Translations under genes and position numbers: made by a program | Notes under the pieces: model-generated | Seen by the model: only the letters and a program-made list of their open reading frames with translations | What the model was told of the DNA's origin: nothing | Database searches by the model: none | Part shown: piece after piece, positions 24,307 to 38,304 of the stretch | Position numbering within the stretch: the first letter of the stretch is position 1 | How the letters are laid out: each line of letters starts with the position of its first letter | Assembly: GCF_006345805.1 (NCBI RefSeq) | Contig: NC_042998.1 | Location: forward strand, 196,540,001-196,604,000 | From: Octopus sinensis | Lineage: Eukaryota | Direction: 5' to 3' | Length of the DNA stretch: 64,000 bases

Positions 24307-26591
24307 GTAAGTGTTTATAGAATTTGATTTATAAAATTTTGATGTTACGAAGGGCATTGAGCCATAGAAACCACGCCAAAACAGACAATTAGTGCCTGGT
24401 TAGTTAGTTAGTTTTTTGGCTCAAAAAGCAAAAAGCAAGGCCATGTAGGGGGACATGGAGTTATGTACAGGGTGGTGTTCATGTAAAGAGTTTAGGCCAC
24501 TTGAGGTCAAGGGAGACTTTGAACCGAGCGGTCGTCGGCATCTTCACCATCTCATCTGGCAGCTTATTCTACGGATCCGCCTGGTGTAGCTCTCCAGCTT
24601 GCCATTTTCTGTCAAACTGTCCAACCCATGCCAGCATGGAAAATGAACATTAAATGATGATGATGATGGTGTTTCTTGAAGTAATAATAATAAAAGTAGA
24701 GATGAGAAATGGCATTATCTAGTCTCTTTCGGTATAGTTCATGAGTGATATGGAGATAAAACCAGTGGGTGGTGAACTCAGAAGGGCTCTTGGCAAAATG
24801 TAGAGCTGATAGTTACAATCCTGTATGTTGTGAGTTCAAATCCCACTGATGCTGAGTTTGTCTTGCATCCACCCCCCTGGGGTGGGGGAGGTTGATAAAA
24901 TAAGTAACGGTTAAATATTGGAGACAGATAAATCAACATAGCCACCTCTCTCCCTCTGTCTAAATCTTATACTCTCTTTTACTCTTTACTCTTTTACTTG
25001 TTTCAGTCATTTGACTGCGGCCATGCTGGAGCACCGCCTTTAGTCGAGCAAATCGACCCCGGGACTTATTCTTTGTAAGCCCAGTACTTATTCTATCGGT
25101 CTCTTTTGCCGAACCGCTAAGTGACGGGGACGTAAACACACCAGCATCGGTTGTCAAGCAATGCTAGGGGGACGAACACAGACACACAAACATATACACC
25201 CACACTTATGTATATATATATACATATATACGACAGGCTTCTTTCAGTTTCCGTCTACCAAATCCACTCACAAGGCATTGGTTGGCCCGGGGCTATAGCA
25301 GAAGACACTTGCCCAAGATGCCACGCAGTGGGACTGAACCTGGAACCATGTGGTTGGTTAGCAAGCTACTTACCACACAGCCACTCCTGCGCCTATGTCA
25401 ATGATAAAAATTAATATTTAGATAAGTTTGTGTATTTTCATGTATTCTAATCTGATATAGTGCCCTGTGAGGCACTGGAAGTGTGAGGGGCTTCCGTTTT
25501 AAACTGGGACCAGGAGAGACATGTTGGCATATGCCGACAACATTATTGTCATTGTGTTGGACATCACAGAAGTGGGCATCATCATCATCGTTTAATGTCC
25601 GTTTTCCATGCTGGCACGGGTTGGACGGTTTGACTGAGGTCTGGGAAGCCGGGAGGCTGCACCAGGCTCCAATTTGATCTGGCAATGTTTCTACAGCTGG
25701 ATGCCATTCCTAACGCCAACCACTCCAAGAATGTAGTGAGGGCATTTTGTGTGCCACCAGTATGGGAGCCAGTCAGGCAGGCCTGGCATCAATCACATAC
25801 GGATAGTGCTTTTTGTGTGCCACTGGCACTGGGGCCAGTCAGGTGCTATTGACATCAGCCATGTTTGGATGATGCTTTTAACGTGCCACCAGCACTGACA
25901 CTATTCTAAAGCAATATGAGATGGTGGCAGGAGTCAAGATCAATGCAGACAACTTGATGGTCTTGCCACTGGACACATGAAGAGGCTGGTCAATGTTGTT
26001 CAACAATGTTTATACGATGTTGGATTGATAGACCAGTTAAACTGCTCAGGGTCAGGTTCACTTGCAACAAATACACGTGGACTGAACCTAGGATGAGGCG
26101 ACAAACAGGGTGGCTAGTCCTGTCCAGAAATTGGTTGATTGACGGCTACCTCAGAAAGGCTGGGCAGAGAAGGCAAATACCCACGTCACTTCTTCTGATA
26201 TCAATTTCTGCTGAGATTGACTTTGTCTTTCATCCTTTTGGGGGTCAATGTCATCAACGAGCTCCTTCCCCTCAAAATTTCAGGCCTTGTATCTGTAGTA
26301 GAAAGGATTATTATCATTGCTATTATTATTATTAAGGTGGCAAACTTGGCAGAACAATAAGCATACTGGATGAAATGCTTGGCGGTATTTCGCCCATCGC
26401 TGCGTTCTTAGTTCAAATTCTGCCAAGGTCAACTTTGCCTTTCATCCTTTCAGGGTCGATAAATTAAGTACAAGTGAAACACTGGGGTTGATGTAATCAA
26501 CTAGTCCCCTTGCCCCAAATTTCAGGCTTTGTGCCTATAGTAGAAAATATTATTAGTATTACTCTTTTTTTTCTTTTCTTATATATTGAAG

Positions 26592-26727
26592 AAAACCGCA
26601 TTACGTTGCATCAGGGAATTGAAAGGCCGCAAGAAAGATGATAAAATTGCTCTTGCTTGTCAAATTTGTCTCGACAAGACCTTCACAGCCAGTGCAACTC
26701 TGATGTATCACTATCGTAGCCATGCTG
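26592..26727 (+). CDS. C2H2 zinc-finger gene, finger 1 of the C-terminal cluster
   Basis: Acceptor after a poly-T tract, tgaag|AAA. Encodes CQICLDKTFTASATLMYHYRSHA. Donor G|gtaagt. Confidence 0.92.
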
Positions 26728-27126
26728 GTAAGTATCTCAAAATTGTCTTTGATCCTTTCATTCTTATCATCAGAACAATCATTAGTGGCATATGTTCTAA
26801 TATTTGGCAACAAGCTTTTAGCTTCCCATAAATTTGTTTTGATGTGTTTTTTCTTCTCCGTTAGAGATTTGCAAGTAACTATCATATTTTTGAGTGCGCA
26901 GGTCTGTGTAGTATATACTCTTGTTTCAGTTATTTGACTGTGGCCATGCTGGAGCACCACCTTTAGTCAAGCAAATCAACCCCAGGACTTATTATCTGTT
27001 AGCCTGGTACTTATTCTATCGGTCTCTTTTGCTGAACCGCTAAGTTACATGGACATAAACACCAGCATCAGTTGTCAAGCGATGTTGGGGGGGGGGGGAC
27101 AAACACAGACACACAAACTTATACAC

Positions 27127-27161
<35 letters not shown>

Positions 27162-27860
27162 CGACGGGCTTCTTTCAGTTTCCATCTACCAAATCCACTC
27201 ACAAAGCTTTGGTCGGCCCGAGGCTATAGTAGAAGACACTTGCCCAAGGTGCCACGCAGTGGGACTGAATCCGGAACCATGTGGTTGGTAATCAAGCTAC
27301 TTACCACATAGCCACTCCTACGCATATTATAGTATAAATGTGTTGTGTAAACATTTTAGCATCACCATTACCATTCCAAATCATGCTGCATTTTCCATGG
27401 AATTTTTGATCCTCTAAAGTTATTTTAGTATATAAGCCAACCTACCTTTATTGGCCATAAATTTTGGTGTGAAGAACTCAACCCGTGTGCCAGGAAATAT
27501 GGTAATGACAAGTGCCTGAGACCTTTGGAGATATGCTGTGCTTATGAAGACTTAGTCGGCCGAGTGAGATTGTAGCTGTGGCTGATGCCAGTGTCGCATT
27601 ACTGACCCGTTTAAAAGTACCCTTCGGTCATTGAGCAATATGCTGTGCTTGAGAAGACCTGTTGAGGACAAGTAAAATCATAGTCATGGCCTCTGCCAGT
27701 ATCACATGGTAGTTTTATTCTGTGGAATCTTTCAAATACGTTGTGTGTGTGTGTATAATGTGTTTGTTAATTTAAATATTTCATTAATATTTAAGAAACC
27801 ACATTGTAGTTTTTAGCAAAGAGAGTTCTTACTGATTTAATTTCCTTGATTCTGTTTCAG

Positions 27861-28006
27861 GAATCAAACCATTTGTGTGCCTTCTGTGCAGTACCACATT
27901 TACAAGACAACACAGTCTCAACTATCATATGTTAATCCACAACAATCAAAGCCGTTTCACTTGCAAAGACTGTGGTAGAAAATTTCGGCATCCAAGCCAT
28001 TTTAAG
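27861..28006 (+). CDS. C2H2 zinc-finger gene, finger 2 and first part of finger 3
   Basis: Acceptor ctgtttcag|GA. Encodes GIKPFVCLLCSTTFTRQHSLNYHMLIHNNQSRFTCKDCGRKFRHPSHFK. Donor AAG|gtacag. Confidence 0.95.
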
Positions 28007-28463
28007 GTACAGTTGTGACATTTTATCATCCTTTTTTCTTCCCTTCTTTTTCCACCACCATCTTGCAGTTTCAGACTAAATGCAGTTTAGTTTTAGTTCC
28101 CAGTTCTACCATTATTCTTTTGTTTATAAAGCAAAAATCTCTCTTGACTGGAGAAATCAACCAACCAAACAACTATTTTTAGGAGAGTATTGTAGTTCGC
28201 TTGAAGCATTACTCTTTTACTTGTTTCAGTCATTTGACTGCGGCCATGCTAGAGCACCGCCTTTTAGTCAAGCAAATCGACCCCAGGACTTATTCTTTGT
28301 AAGCCCAGTACTTGTTCTATCGCTCTCTTTTGTCGAACCGCTAAGTGATGGCGACGTAAACACACCAGCATCGGTTGTCAAGCAATGCTAGGGGGACAAA
28401 CACAGACACACAAACATATACACACACACACACACACACATACACACACACACACACACACAT

Positions 28464-28521
<58 letters not shown>

Positions 28522-28613
28522 CACGATGGGCTTCTTTCAGTTTCCGTCTACCAAATCCAATCACAAGGCATTGGTCAGCCCGGGGCTATAGCAGAAGACA
28601 CTTGCCCAAGATG

Positions 28614-28905
28614 CCGGAAAGATTTCGGAAATATTTTTTCACGCTAAGAGTTGCTGAAGTATGGAACAAGCTACCTGCATCAGTTGTTGAGACATTGCAT
28701 CCTTTAAAACCTCCATGCTTCCTGAAATTCACCAACACTACACCTGATATCCCCCCACCTCCATACGCATGCACACATGTATATCATGACTCCTCCACTG
28801 TTCACTTTCCTGACTTTTGTACATAATTCTATGTGTTATACAGGTACCTTTGATGTGTTGTAGTGCACCTGAGCACTGTACACAATAATTTCATTATTAT
28901 ATTAT
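28614..28905 (+). mobile_element. CR1-type LINE 3' fragment
   Basis: ERFRKYFFTLRVAEVWNKLPASVV (CR1 C-terminal motif), with a 3' end gtgcacctgagcactgtacacaataatttc(att)n. Related ends at about 37630-37930 (-) and 45625-45735 (+). Confidence 0.75.
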
Positions 28906-29257
28906 TTTAATAATTCTGTTGTGTCTGGGGAGAGTCATTTTCTTTTTGTGCCTTATAATATAACACACTCACCGGTAAAATTTCCAATTTTTTCTTATTT
29001 TTATTTTCCTAAAATTTTTGTTGTGTCTTGCAACCTTTTCAATAGTTTTGACTCTGTCCGTTATTTCAGGACACAAAAAGAGAATGACTCTCCCCAGACA
29101 CAACAGAACATGCTTCAACACACGAACTCATATTAAGAATCTTGCAAACCAAATCCAAAAACGAAATTATTTTGATAACTTTGTGATATAAAGGAAGTAA
29201 TTGTATATTATGACATTAAAATGTTAATGCTTGCTGCTCCTTCTCTTCCCTTTTTAG

Positions 29258-29668
29258 GAGCATTTGCGACGACACACGGGAGAGACTCCGTTTGAATGCA
29301 AAGACTGCCCACAGAAATTCAAAACACGTAACACATATAAAAGACATTTGAAAACAAGACACGGCAAGTTGCTTACTGCTGCAGGTATTCACGTTTTATC
29401 AAAGGAAGAATTTCTGAAAGTTAGAACTAAACCATACAAGAAATATTACACTCTAAAACACACAGAATCTGTTAAAGAACAATTAATGCCTGAATTAGGG
29501 GATTCCCAATTAGTGAGTCCATGTTCTGAATCTGTTTACAACCCAGTGCCTACAACATCGAATAATGCCTCTAATTTCACAAACACTATTGAGAAACCAT
29601 CAACTGCTATAATTAATTCTACCGACAACTCTTTCTATATTCCATTTGAAATCTCTGTTAATTCATGA
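29258..29668 (+). CDS. C2H2 zinc-finger gene, terminal exon (end of finger 3, finger 4, stop)
   Basis: Acceptor ccctttttag|GAG. Encodes EHLRRHTGETPFECKDCPQKFKTRNTYKRHLKTRH... to TGA at 29666-29668. The spliced CDS from ATG 15027 is 2046 nt (681 aa). Confidence 0.95.
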   Translation, partial: EHLRRHTGETPFECKDCPQKFKTRNTYKRHLKTRHGKLLTAAGIHVLSKEEFLKVRTKPYKKYYTLKHTESVKEQLMPELGDSQLVSPCSESVYNPVPTTSNNASNFTNTIEKPSTAIINSTDNSFYIPFEISVNS

Positions 29669-29900
29669 AGGAAATGGTTTAGAATGTTCTTTCAGGTGTT
29701 GCCAATGTTTCTCTCTTTGATAATGTTTGACCATAATTTGATAGTTATACCATTGTGGTATTTTCAAGATGGTACGACTGAAGCCAAAAATTAAGTTTCT
29801 TAAACAAAACTAAAACAAAAAAAAAGACCCTCCAACAAAATTGTGTTCTTCATGAGGAAGAGAATTTGGAGTATTTTGATAACCTATTTCTTTATCAACA

Positions 29901-30045
29901 ATATATATATGTGTGTACACACACACACACACACACATACACACACACACACACATACATACATATATATACATACATGCATGCATATATGTACATGTGT
30001 GTGTGTGTATATATACATATATATATACATACATACACACATATA

Positions 30046-30097
<52 letters not shown>

Positions 30098-30137
30098 TAG
30101 ATACATATATACATATGTGTATGTGTTTGTATGTATG

Positions 30138-30183
<46 letters not shown>

Positions 30184-30242
30184 ATAATGTAGAAGGTTGA
30201 AAAAGAACACTCGAGTTGAGATATATATATATGTGTGTGTGT
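29901..30242. repeat. Compound (CA)n/(TA)n/(TG)n microsatellite
   Basis: Directly visible, almost uninterrupted purine-pyrimidine alternation. Confidence 0.95.
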
Positions 30243-30254
30243 GGAAAAAAAGTC

Positions 30255-30602
30255 AAGGTACAAAATGCAAAAATAATTTTATAAAAAACATTTCAGTACC
30301 GGTTTCAGTCATTGAGACTTTTTCAACTGTAAGTATGGAAAACAATTAAATTTTGGAAAAATTAAATGAAAAGTTTTTTAAAAGAATATTTGCATAGTAT
30401 TCAAATACAAGGGGCATTTTCCTTGTTTCTGCCTGTCTCTGTCTCTTGTATTTGAATACTATGCAAATATTCTTTTAAAAAACTTTACTTTTAATTTTTC
30501 CAAAATTCAATTGTTTTCCATACTTACAGTTGAAAAAGTCTCAATGACTGAAACCAGTACTGAAACGTTTTTTTATAAAACTATTTTAGCATTTTCTACC
30601 TT
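30255..30602. repeat. Near-perfect foldback (arms 30255-30411 and 30445-30602, 33-nt loop) carrying hammerhead-like motifs
   Basis: The arms are reverse complements with few mismatches. Confidence 0.92.
30290..30333 (-). ncRNA. Minimal hammerhead ribozyme variant (U3-A8)
   Basis: cttaCAG-TTGAAAA-AGTC(tcaat)GACT-GAAACCGGTA|CTGaaa. Palindromic helix III ACCGGU and a GUA triplet. Confidence 0.6.
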
Positions 30603-30789
30603 AGAGCAATAGTCATTACAACAAAATTTTCTGATGAGCTGTCCACAAAGCTTTAGCTTTGTGGGTGTGAAACCTTGGGTAACTCTACATAAAATTTTGT
30701 TGTAATATATATATATATATATACACGCACACACACACACACATATACATATATCTATATATAATGGATCTTCTGGATGCCAAAACTTC

Positions 30790-30820
<31 letters not shown>

Positions 30821-33800
30821 AGTGCACACACATATAAATATATATACATTGGATTCTCTCATTCAATTCAGCATATGGGGTTCCAACAGCCTTTAGCTAC
30901 CAACATTGATAACCTATCTTCAGTTGTGAAGGCTTGTGTAGATCCAGCTTTGGAAATATTGATAGAAAGTTGGTGCAAATGTTTACCGCAAACTTAATGG
31001 ACAACATACTGCAGGCTTTTCCTATTATGTTCTAATTGTACCCTGCAGCTGTTTCACTAGCATTGAACATCGATTATACGTCAGTTTTCTTTATATAGAG
31101 AATATTGTAATCTTTAAGATGGACACAGTTAACATAAGGAGGAGATGTATAGTTATTTCCTTTCAAGTTGATATATGTCTAGGAATTGTTTGAGTCAGGG
31201 ATGAAAAGCAAAATAGTTCTTAGTGGATTTGAACTCAGAATGTAAAGGGAGATAACAAAATACTGCTTCAGCTTTTCTCTTGTACTTTATTGATCTTAGT
31301 TATTTACTGCTTTTGAAACTTCAGCACAAAATACTAGTTGCAGTAGTTATAGTATGGGGACATGTGTCTCCTGGCGGTTGACACCTTTGCACCACTCAGA
31401 CAACGGCTTTCCAACCCATGGGTCTGTTTGGATAGTTGTTACTAGAGAGGGTTTTGTGAGGTCAGAGTTTAAATTCTAGCTCAACCTCTTTTAGTTGCCT
31501 TTTACGACATGCAAAGGAAGCGTTGGGACTATTTTTTGACATGCTGGTTCCCACACGGCACTAGACCAACGTGATCTGAAGTGTTTTGCTCAAGAACACA
31601 ACATGCCATCTAGCCTGGGAATCGAACATTGATCTGGTGATCATGAGTGCATTACCCTAACCACCAGACCATGTAACTTCACAAAATACTGACAAAAATG
31701 ACTACTCTTCAATGTGTGTATACTTAGACATATATATCATCATCATCATCATCAGTGTTTAATGTGTGCCTTCCATGCTGGCATGGGTGGAACAAATATA
31801 TTCACACTGACACACACAGCTGAGGTGTAGCTGTGTGATTAAGAAGTTTGCTTTCCAACCATAAACAAAGTCCTTGGGAGCATCCTCCTTTGGGGTCTTG
31901 CTAACCTTGTCTCTTTTAACACCAGAAAACTCAACAAGCTTAAAATATAATCTTATAAAATCGAATTCTAAAATTTTGAAATAGATTTAATGCCTTAAAA
32001 CCCTTCAAGGCCACCCTTGGTTTTATTGTAGAACCTCCCATTAAAATTTCCCGTTAATTTATGATCCAAGCTCCAGCTTCACAATGACAAAGTTATTTTG
32101 CAATATTTTTTACAATTGAGAATCATCTGTATTTCAACAGAAGTATAGCAAAAGGGTTAATACATTCATCTTTCTACACATATCTTCTACATACAATTCT
32201 CTCTCTCTCTCTTAACCCCACTCCACTTACTCAATATTTGTTAAATTAGGGTGGCGAGCTGGCAGAAACGTTAGCACACCGGGCGAAATGTGTAGCCGTA
32301 TTTCGTCTGTCGTTACGTTCTGAGTTCAAATTCCGCCGAGGTCGACTTTGCCTTTCATCCTTTTGGGGTCAATAAATTAAGTAGCAGAAATAGGTATTTC
32401 ATCTGCCGTTACGTTCTGAGTACAAACCCCACTGAGGTTGGCTTTGCCTTTCATCCTTTCAGGGGTTGATTAAATAAGTACCAGTTATGCACTGGGGTCA
32501 ATATAATCGACTTAAACCCTTTGTTTGTCCCCTCTATGTTTAGCCCCCTGTGGGCAATAAAGAAATAAATATTTGTTAAATAACAAGGCGGCGGGCTAGC
32601 AGAAATGTTAGCACACCAGGCGAAATGCTTAGTGGTATTTCATCTGCCACTACGTTCTGAGTTCAAATTCCGCCGAGGTCAACTTTGCCTTTCATCCTTT
32701 CGGGGTCGATTAAATAAGTACCAGTTACGCACTGGGGTCGATATAATCGACTTAATCCGTTTGTCTGTCCTTGTTTGTCCCCTCTGTGTGTAGCCCCTTG
32801 TGGTATTTCATCTGTCTTTACCTTCTGAGTTCAGATTCTGCTGAGGTCGACTTTGCCTTTCATACTTCCAGAGTCGATAAATTAGTACCAGTTGTGTACT
32901 GGGGTTGATCTAATCTACTGGGCCCCTACCCCAAAATTTCAGGCCTTGTGCATAGAGTAGAAAAGAATATTTGTTAAATAACAGCAATCCACTACATTCT
33001 GTGTTTATGTATGAGAACTCCTATCCCTTGTAGTAATTCTATTATTTTGGTTATGTTTCCTGTTATATTCTGAGTTTAATCCACCCCAGGGTCAACTTTG
33101 CTTTCCATCTGTCTGAGGTTAATAAAATAAATACGTGACAAAATACTGATGCTGATATAATCTACTAAAACCCTTTAAGACAATCCACCTCTGTTTCACA
33201 ACTTCCCCCTCTAGGACCAAATATAAAGGTAGTCACCCCACATGGCCACAGTCTGATGGCTGTTTCACCAGCACGACCATAGTCTGATTGCAAGCTTCCC
33301 CTCCTCCAGTGTCACAAAAGTCTGTCAGTAGAACCCCCAGCATGGTCATGGTCTGATGACAATCCTCATCTCTTATACTTGTGGTGGAATTCTCCTGGGG
33401 TAGGTTGAGCCAACTCTGACCAATGGGTTCACCACGTTCCTTATGAATGCTGACCATCAGCATGGCCACAGTCTAACATCATTCCACCTACCAAAGAATC
33501 TATTTTCCCAGGGAATCAATGATTAGAGCCCAGAAGGTGCCAATAGATGTTTCTATTTTGTTGTAATTTCCCAGATTATCAGCTAAAATAGAGGTGACTC
33601 TCTAGTGATTTTGAAACTGTTTTTACCATGATTAGGCCAGTGACAAAGATGAAGTATTATCACTTGACCGACTTAACATTCACATTACAGTGGTCATTCG
33701 TTGTCTATGAAAGACAGCTAGGTGATGTCTTTCATAGATTTACTTCATACGTATGTAAATAATTAACCAAGTGGAGAAACAGGACAGAGGAGATGTTAGC

Positions 33801-36800
33801 TCTGTTGCTGGTGATTAACACCAAGCTCCAAATCAGACTGGAGCCTGGTGCAGCTTGCTAGTTCTGGTCAAACCATCCAACCCATACACACGTTAAATGA
33901 TGATGATGATGATGAACAAATTTATAATCAAGTCATGATTTCGGCATTGACTAACATATTTTTTGTCTCTAGATATAAAGTATTTTGCATTATTATTATC
34001 ATTATTATTGAGTGAGAGAGCAGTGCATGCCATCAAAGTGACACTGGGGTAAAATATACGAAGCCCATATACCCATCATGACTACCCGTCTGATAAAGGT
34101 ACACCAGGCACATGCATCACAACCATATGTGCGCGACATGGTGATCTCATAAAAAGATAAACAGCGCATGACCTTGCGGGTGGGGCCCAGTTAGAATTTT
34201 CTTCTGGTCGAGTAGCCCATCCCGCTCAAAAGGCCCCTGAATAAGGATTGTTTAAGGATGTTGAAAGAACCACCCATGTTTCCAGAGGTGAATTATTCAA
34301 ACTCCAAAGAATCCCTCTCAACACATGGCTATGATGCTCCCCACTACTTCTGCTCGTGATCAGAGATGCACATATCGTCAGCCACTAAGGGACATGCTCA
34401 ACTGGTTAAGGTCAAACAACTGACAAGCAAATCTGTGGTATTGAGCAGAATATTTGCTGTAGCCCATCTTTTATACCAAGACAAAACAATGGACATGATA
34501 ACACTTCCAATCTTATTATTATTATTATTATTATCTGAAGGCAGTGGGCTGGCAGAATCATTAGCACACCGGGCAAAATGCTTAGCAGTATTTCATCTGT
34601 CCTTATGTTCTGAGTTCAAATTCCACCAAGGTTGACTTTGCCTTTCATCCTTTCAGGGTTGATAAATCAAGTACCAGCTGCATACTGGGGTCGATGTAAT
34701 TGACTTAACCCCTCCCCTCCACCAAATTTCAGGCCTTGTGCCTTTTTAGTTAAAAGGATTATTATTATTGCTATTATTATTATTATTATCTGAAAGTGGC
34801 AAGCTGGCAGAATTGTTTGTTGGCTGTATTTCACCCATCTCTACATTCTGAGTTCAAATTCTGCTGAGGTTGACTTTGCCTTTCATTTTTTTTTTTTTTC
34901 AGGGTCAATAAAATAAGTACCAGTTGAACACTGGGGGTCAATGTAATCAGCTCATCCCCTCCCCATCAAAATTGCTGCCCTTGTGGCAAAATTTGAAATC
35001 CTCATCCTCATTATTATTATTATTATTATCATCCAAAGTGTTCTCCTATATAACGGTCTTCATATAACATTTGCCTGCTATTTCTAGCAGGTTGTGGTTA
35101 CCCCCTTATAAGCGCATGTGAAATTCAGTAAAAGCTAAGGGTATTATACAAACATGGAATGGTATATTTTGTGATGCTTACCCAAAGAATAATCGGTGGA
35201 GCGTTTTAATAATGGTGATGGCTTGCATGTTTGTTCTTGATATCTTCCAACAAGTTTCAATGTGAATATTTTAATTGCTGTTTTATTTCATCATTGGAGA
35301 AAAGTCTTCGTTAGCACAAGGAGTTTGTCTCTTGTTAGCTTCATTAGTCTGGTGGGGTGGGGTGTCTCAAGCTGACGAGACACAACAATGTCGAAACAAT
35401 GGCTGTCAAACCAGAGTCTGTTGCATCAATGAATCCAGTTTTTATTTTTTTTACTTGTTTCAGTCATTTGACTGTGGCCATGCTGGAGCACCGCCTTTAG
35501 TCAAGCAAATCGACCCCAGGACTTATTCTTTGTAAGCCTAGTACTTATTCTATCGCTCTCTTTTGCCGAACTGCTAAGTTACAGCGATGCAAACACACCA
35601 GCATCGGTTGTCAAGCGATGTAGGAGGGGGGCAAACATATACACACACACGCACACATATACATATATACGACGGGCTTCTTTCAGTTTCCATCTACCAG
35701 ATTCACTCACAAGGCTTTGGTCAGCCCAAGGCTATAGTAGAAGACACTTGCCCAAGGTGCCACGCAATGGGACTGAACCTGGAACCATGTGGTTGGTTAG
35801 CAAGCTACTTTAGTTGAATAAATTGACCCCGGGACTTATTCTTTATAAGCTTAGTACTTATTCTATCAGTCTCTTTACCAAACCACTAAGTTATGGGGAC
35901 ATAAACACACCAACATTGGTTTTTTCAAGTGATAGTGGTAAGGGACAGACACATCATCATCATCATCATCATTTAGCGTCCGCTTTCCATGCTAACACAC
36001 ACACACACAGATGATGGGCTTCTTTCAGTTTCCGTCTTCCAAATCCACTCACAAGTTGCTCCACAAAGTGGGACTGAACTCAGAACCATGTGGTTGGTAA
36101 GCAAACTACTTACCTCACAGCCACTCCTGTGCCTATGTGTATCTTGCAAACAAACGTTTGTCATATAGAAGCTTTTTAAAGTTTTGACTAGTAAGCCTTT
36201 AATATACTTGGTAGAATATTATGGTTGCAGAGCAAAATACTGTGCCCCAACTCACCCACAATTAATAAGTACATACCAGTTGCCAGGAACGTGTTTAATA
36301 TGTAAAATTAATAAATCCAATTGTGTTACACAGCTAAATATTAGGGGTTATTTAAGCAATGTGTTCATGGACGGTTAATTGGTTGGATGTGATACTGAAG
36401 AAGGAGCAAGAACTCCTGAAATATCCATATACACCAATTACTCATTTTTCCATCTTCGATCACATTGTTTATACATAGACGTATTCGTATATGAAACATC
36501 GTAACTTTCAGTGCTGGCTCTAGTTTCTGTAGAAAGTCAGTAGAGATAACTTAAAAGTGACTGATTTGCACTGCTAACACAGGTAGGATACAGGATTGAC
36601 TTATAAACATTTAATATATTTGGTAGAATATTATGGTTGCATAACAAAATACGGTGTCCCTACCAGTAATTAATAGGAGGAGCTCTTCACCTCTGATGAA
36701 ACACCACGAAATTAGCATATTTACATTTGAATCTGCCTGAATGTTTTAAGACTAAATATGCTGGTCATTGTTCTGATTCTTGCTGCTCACCATGCGTATG

Positions 36801-37047
36801 ATAATGTCTTGATAATGTTAATGCCATCAATATAAAGCTTCACCATCCCACCTCAGAATACATCATGTGAGAAGTAATTTTTAGATATCTTTACATTTTA
36901 CCATCACTGAGAAAATTTCAATTCATAAAAGACATATTTTCCTATGAATTAGCCAAACCCTTTTGATACCAACATACTTATGAGACTGCTTATGGTTCCC
37001 TTATAGAAACAACAAACCCCGTTTTAGAGTGTTCATATTTATGTTAA

Positions 37048-37269
37048 CCCTCAAGCATTCAGATTATTCTGTCAAATGCAATACTTACACATTTCCATTG
37101 TTCTGAATTAATCCTGAATTATCTTGAAGCTTCAAGGTTACAATAAGATGTGATTGTTTGTTTTTAGAATAACATTGTTGGGTAGGTGTGACTGGCCAGA
37201 TCTGGCCAGTTTCAATATAAAACAGAGAGAATATATGGGCTGAAAATGGTCAGTTGAAAAGCTAAAGGG
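37048..37269. mobile_element. piggyBac-type MITE
   Basis: ttaa|ccctcaagc...gctaaaggg|ttaa. Confidence 0.8.
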
Positions 37270-38304
37270 TTAAACCTTCCATCATAATTTTACACAAATT
37301 GTAATAATGAGTTTATCGTGTACTTCTTCCTCTACAGCAAGAGACCTGTTTTGCTTTGGCCCCTTCCCTCATATTTTAACCACCCTCATCTCCTAGCATA
37401 AAGCTGCCTCTTTCAGGGTTCATAGTCATGTTAGCTAGTGCTGGTGACATGAAAAAAAAGCACGCAACACAAGGTGTAAATTGTTTGGTGTTGGGAAGAT
37501 CTCCAGCTGTTGGGGGTCATTCCAAAGTAGAAAGTGGAGCACATTGCAGTCCTTGGACTCATGGGATTTTGTCAAACTGTCCGTCCTGTGCCACCATGGA
37601 ACATGGACCTTAAATGATAATGAGTCTATTGTATACAATGAATAATGAACTTATTGTATACAGTGCTCAGGTGCTGCACTACAAATCATCAGGAAATGGT
37701 AACCAAAAGTGCATAGAATAATTCACAGGAAGGGAACGGTAAACGAGTCGTTTAAAAATAAAGGTGGGGCATCAGGTGTACTGGAAGTTTTGCAGAATGT
37801 AATGTCCCAACAACTAACAACCGATGCCAATAGTTTATTCCATGCTTCAGCAATCCTGGGCATGGAAAAAATGTTTCCAAAAATCATGGGCACTTCTGTT
37901 GCTTTCCAATTTTGTAAGTAACGCTCAGGTGCATTGCAAATTATTGGGAAAAGGTAAGAGAGGACAGAGAGCAGCTGTAAGTAAAGAAAGACAGCAATGA
38001 AAGCAAGAAGTACTCAATACAGAATAAAAACAAAATGAACAGGAAATGGGCCATAAAAGGGCAAATGTGCCTAGGTACATCAGTAGTAGTGTAAATTTCA
38101 GAAAGTGTTGGAATTTTCAAAAGATTCAGTATCCTGGCAGCTAACAACCAACACATATGGTTTATTCCATGTTTTCACAATTCTAAGCATAAAATATATA
38201 TATAATATTAATAAATGGAAAAAAATTTTGCTAAATCCTGCCAAATTCTTGATTGTTTTATAAAATTAGCTAAAAACTGGTGTATTTCATGAGAAAAGGA
38301 TTAA

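Noticed and set aside
26006-26335. 109-aa ORF in a zinc-finger intron
   Set aside because: No recognisable domain, and its 3' half is a degenerate Nin-type SINE.
29810-30263. Six overlapping ORFs rich in YI/HT/CV
   Set aside because: Translation artefacts of the dinucleotide microsatellite.
33230-33480. Four spaced copies of a catggccacagtct-like motif
   Set aside because: They resemble the SINE/L2 tail motif and are too degenerate to define a structure.
35371-35410. CTGACGA-GACA(caacaa)TGTC-GAAAC hammerhead-like core
   Set aside because: The core and stem II are present, but I could not form stem I or an NUH site. Kept only as a possible degraded motif.
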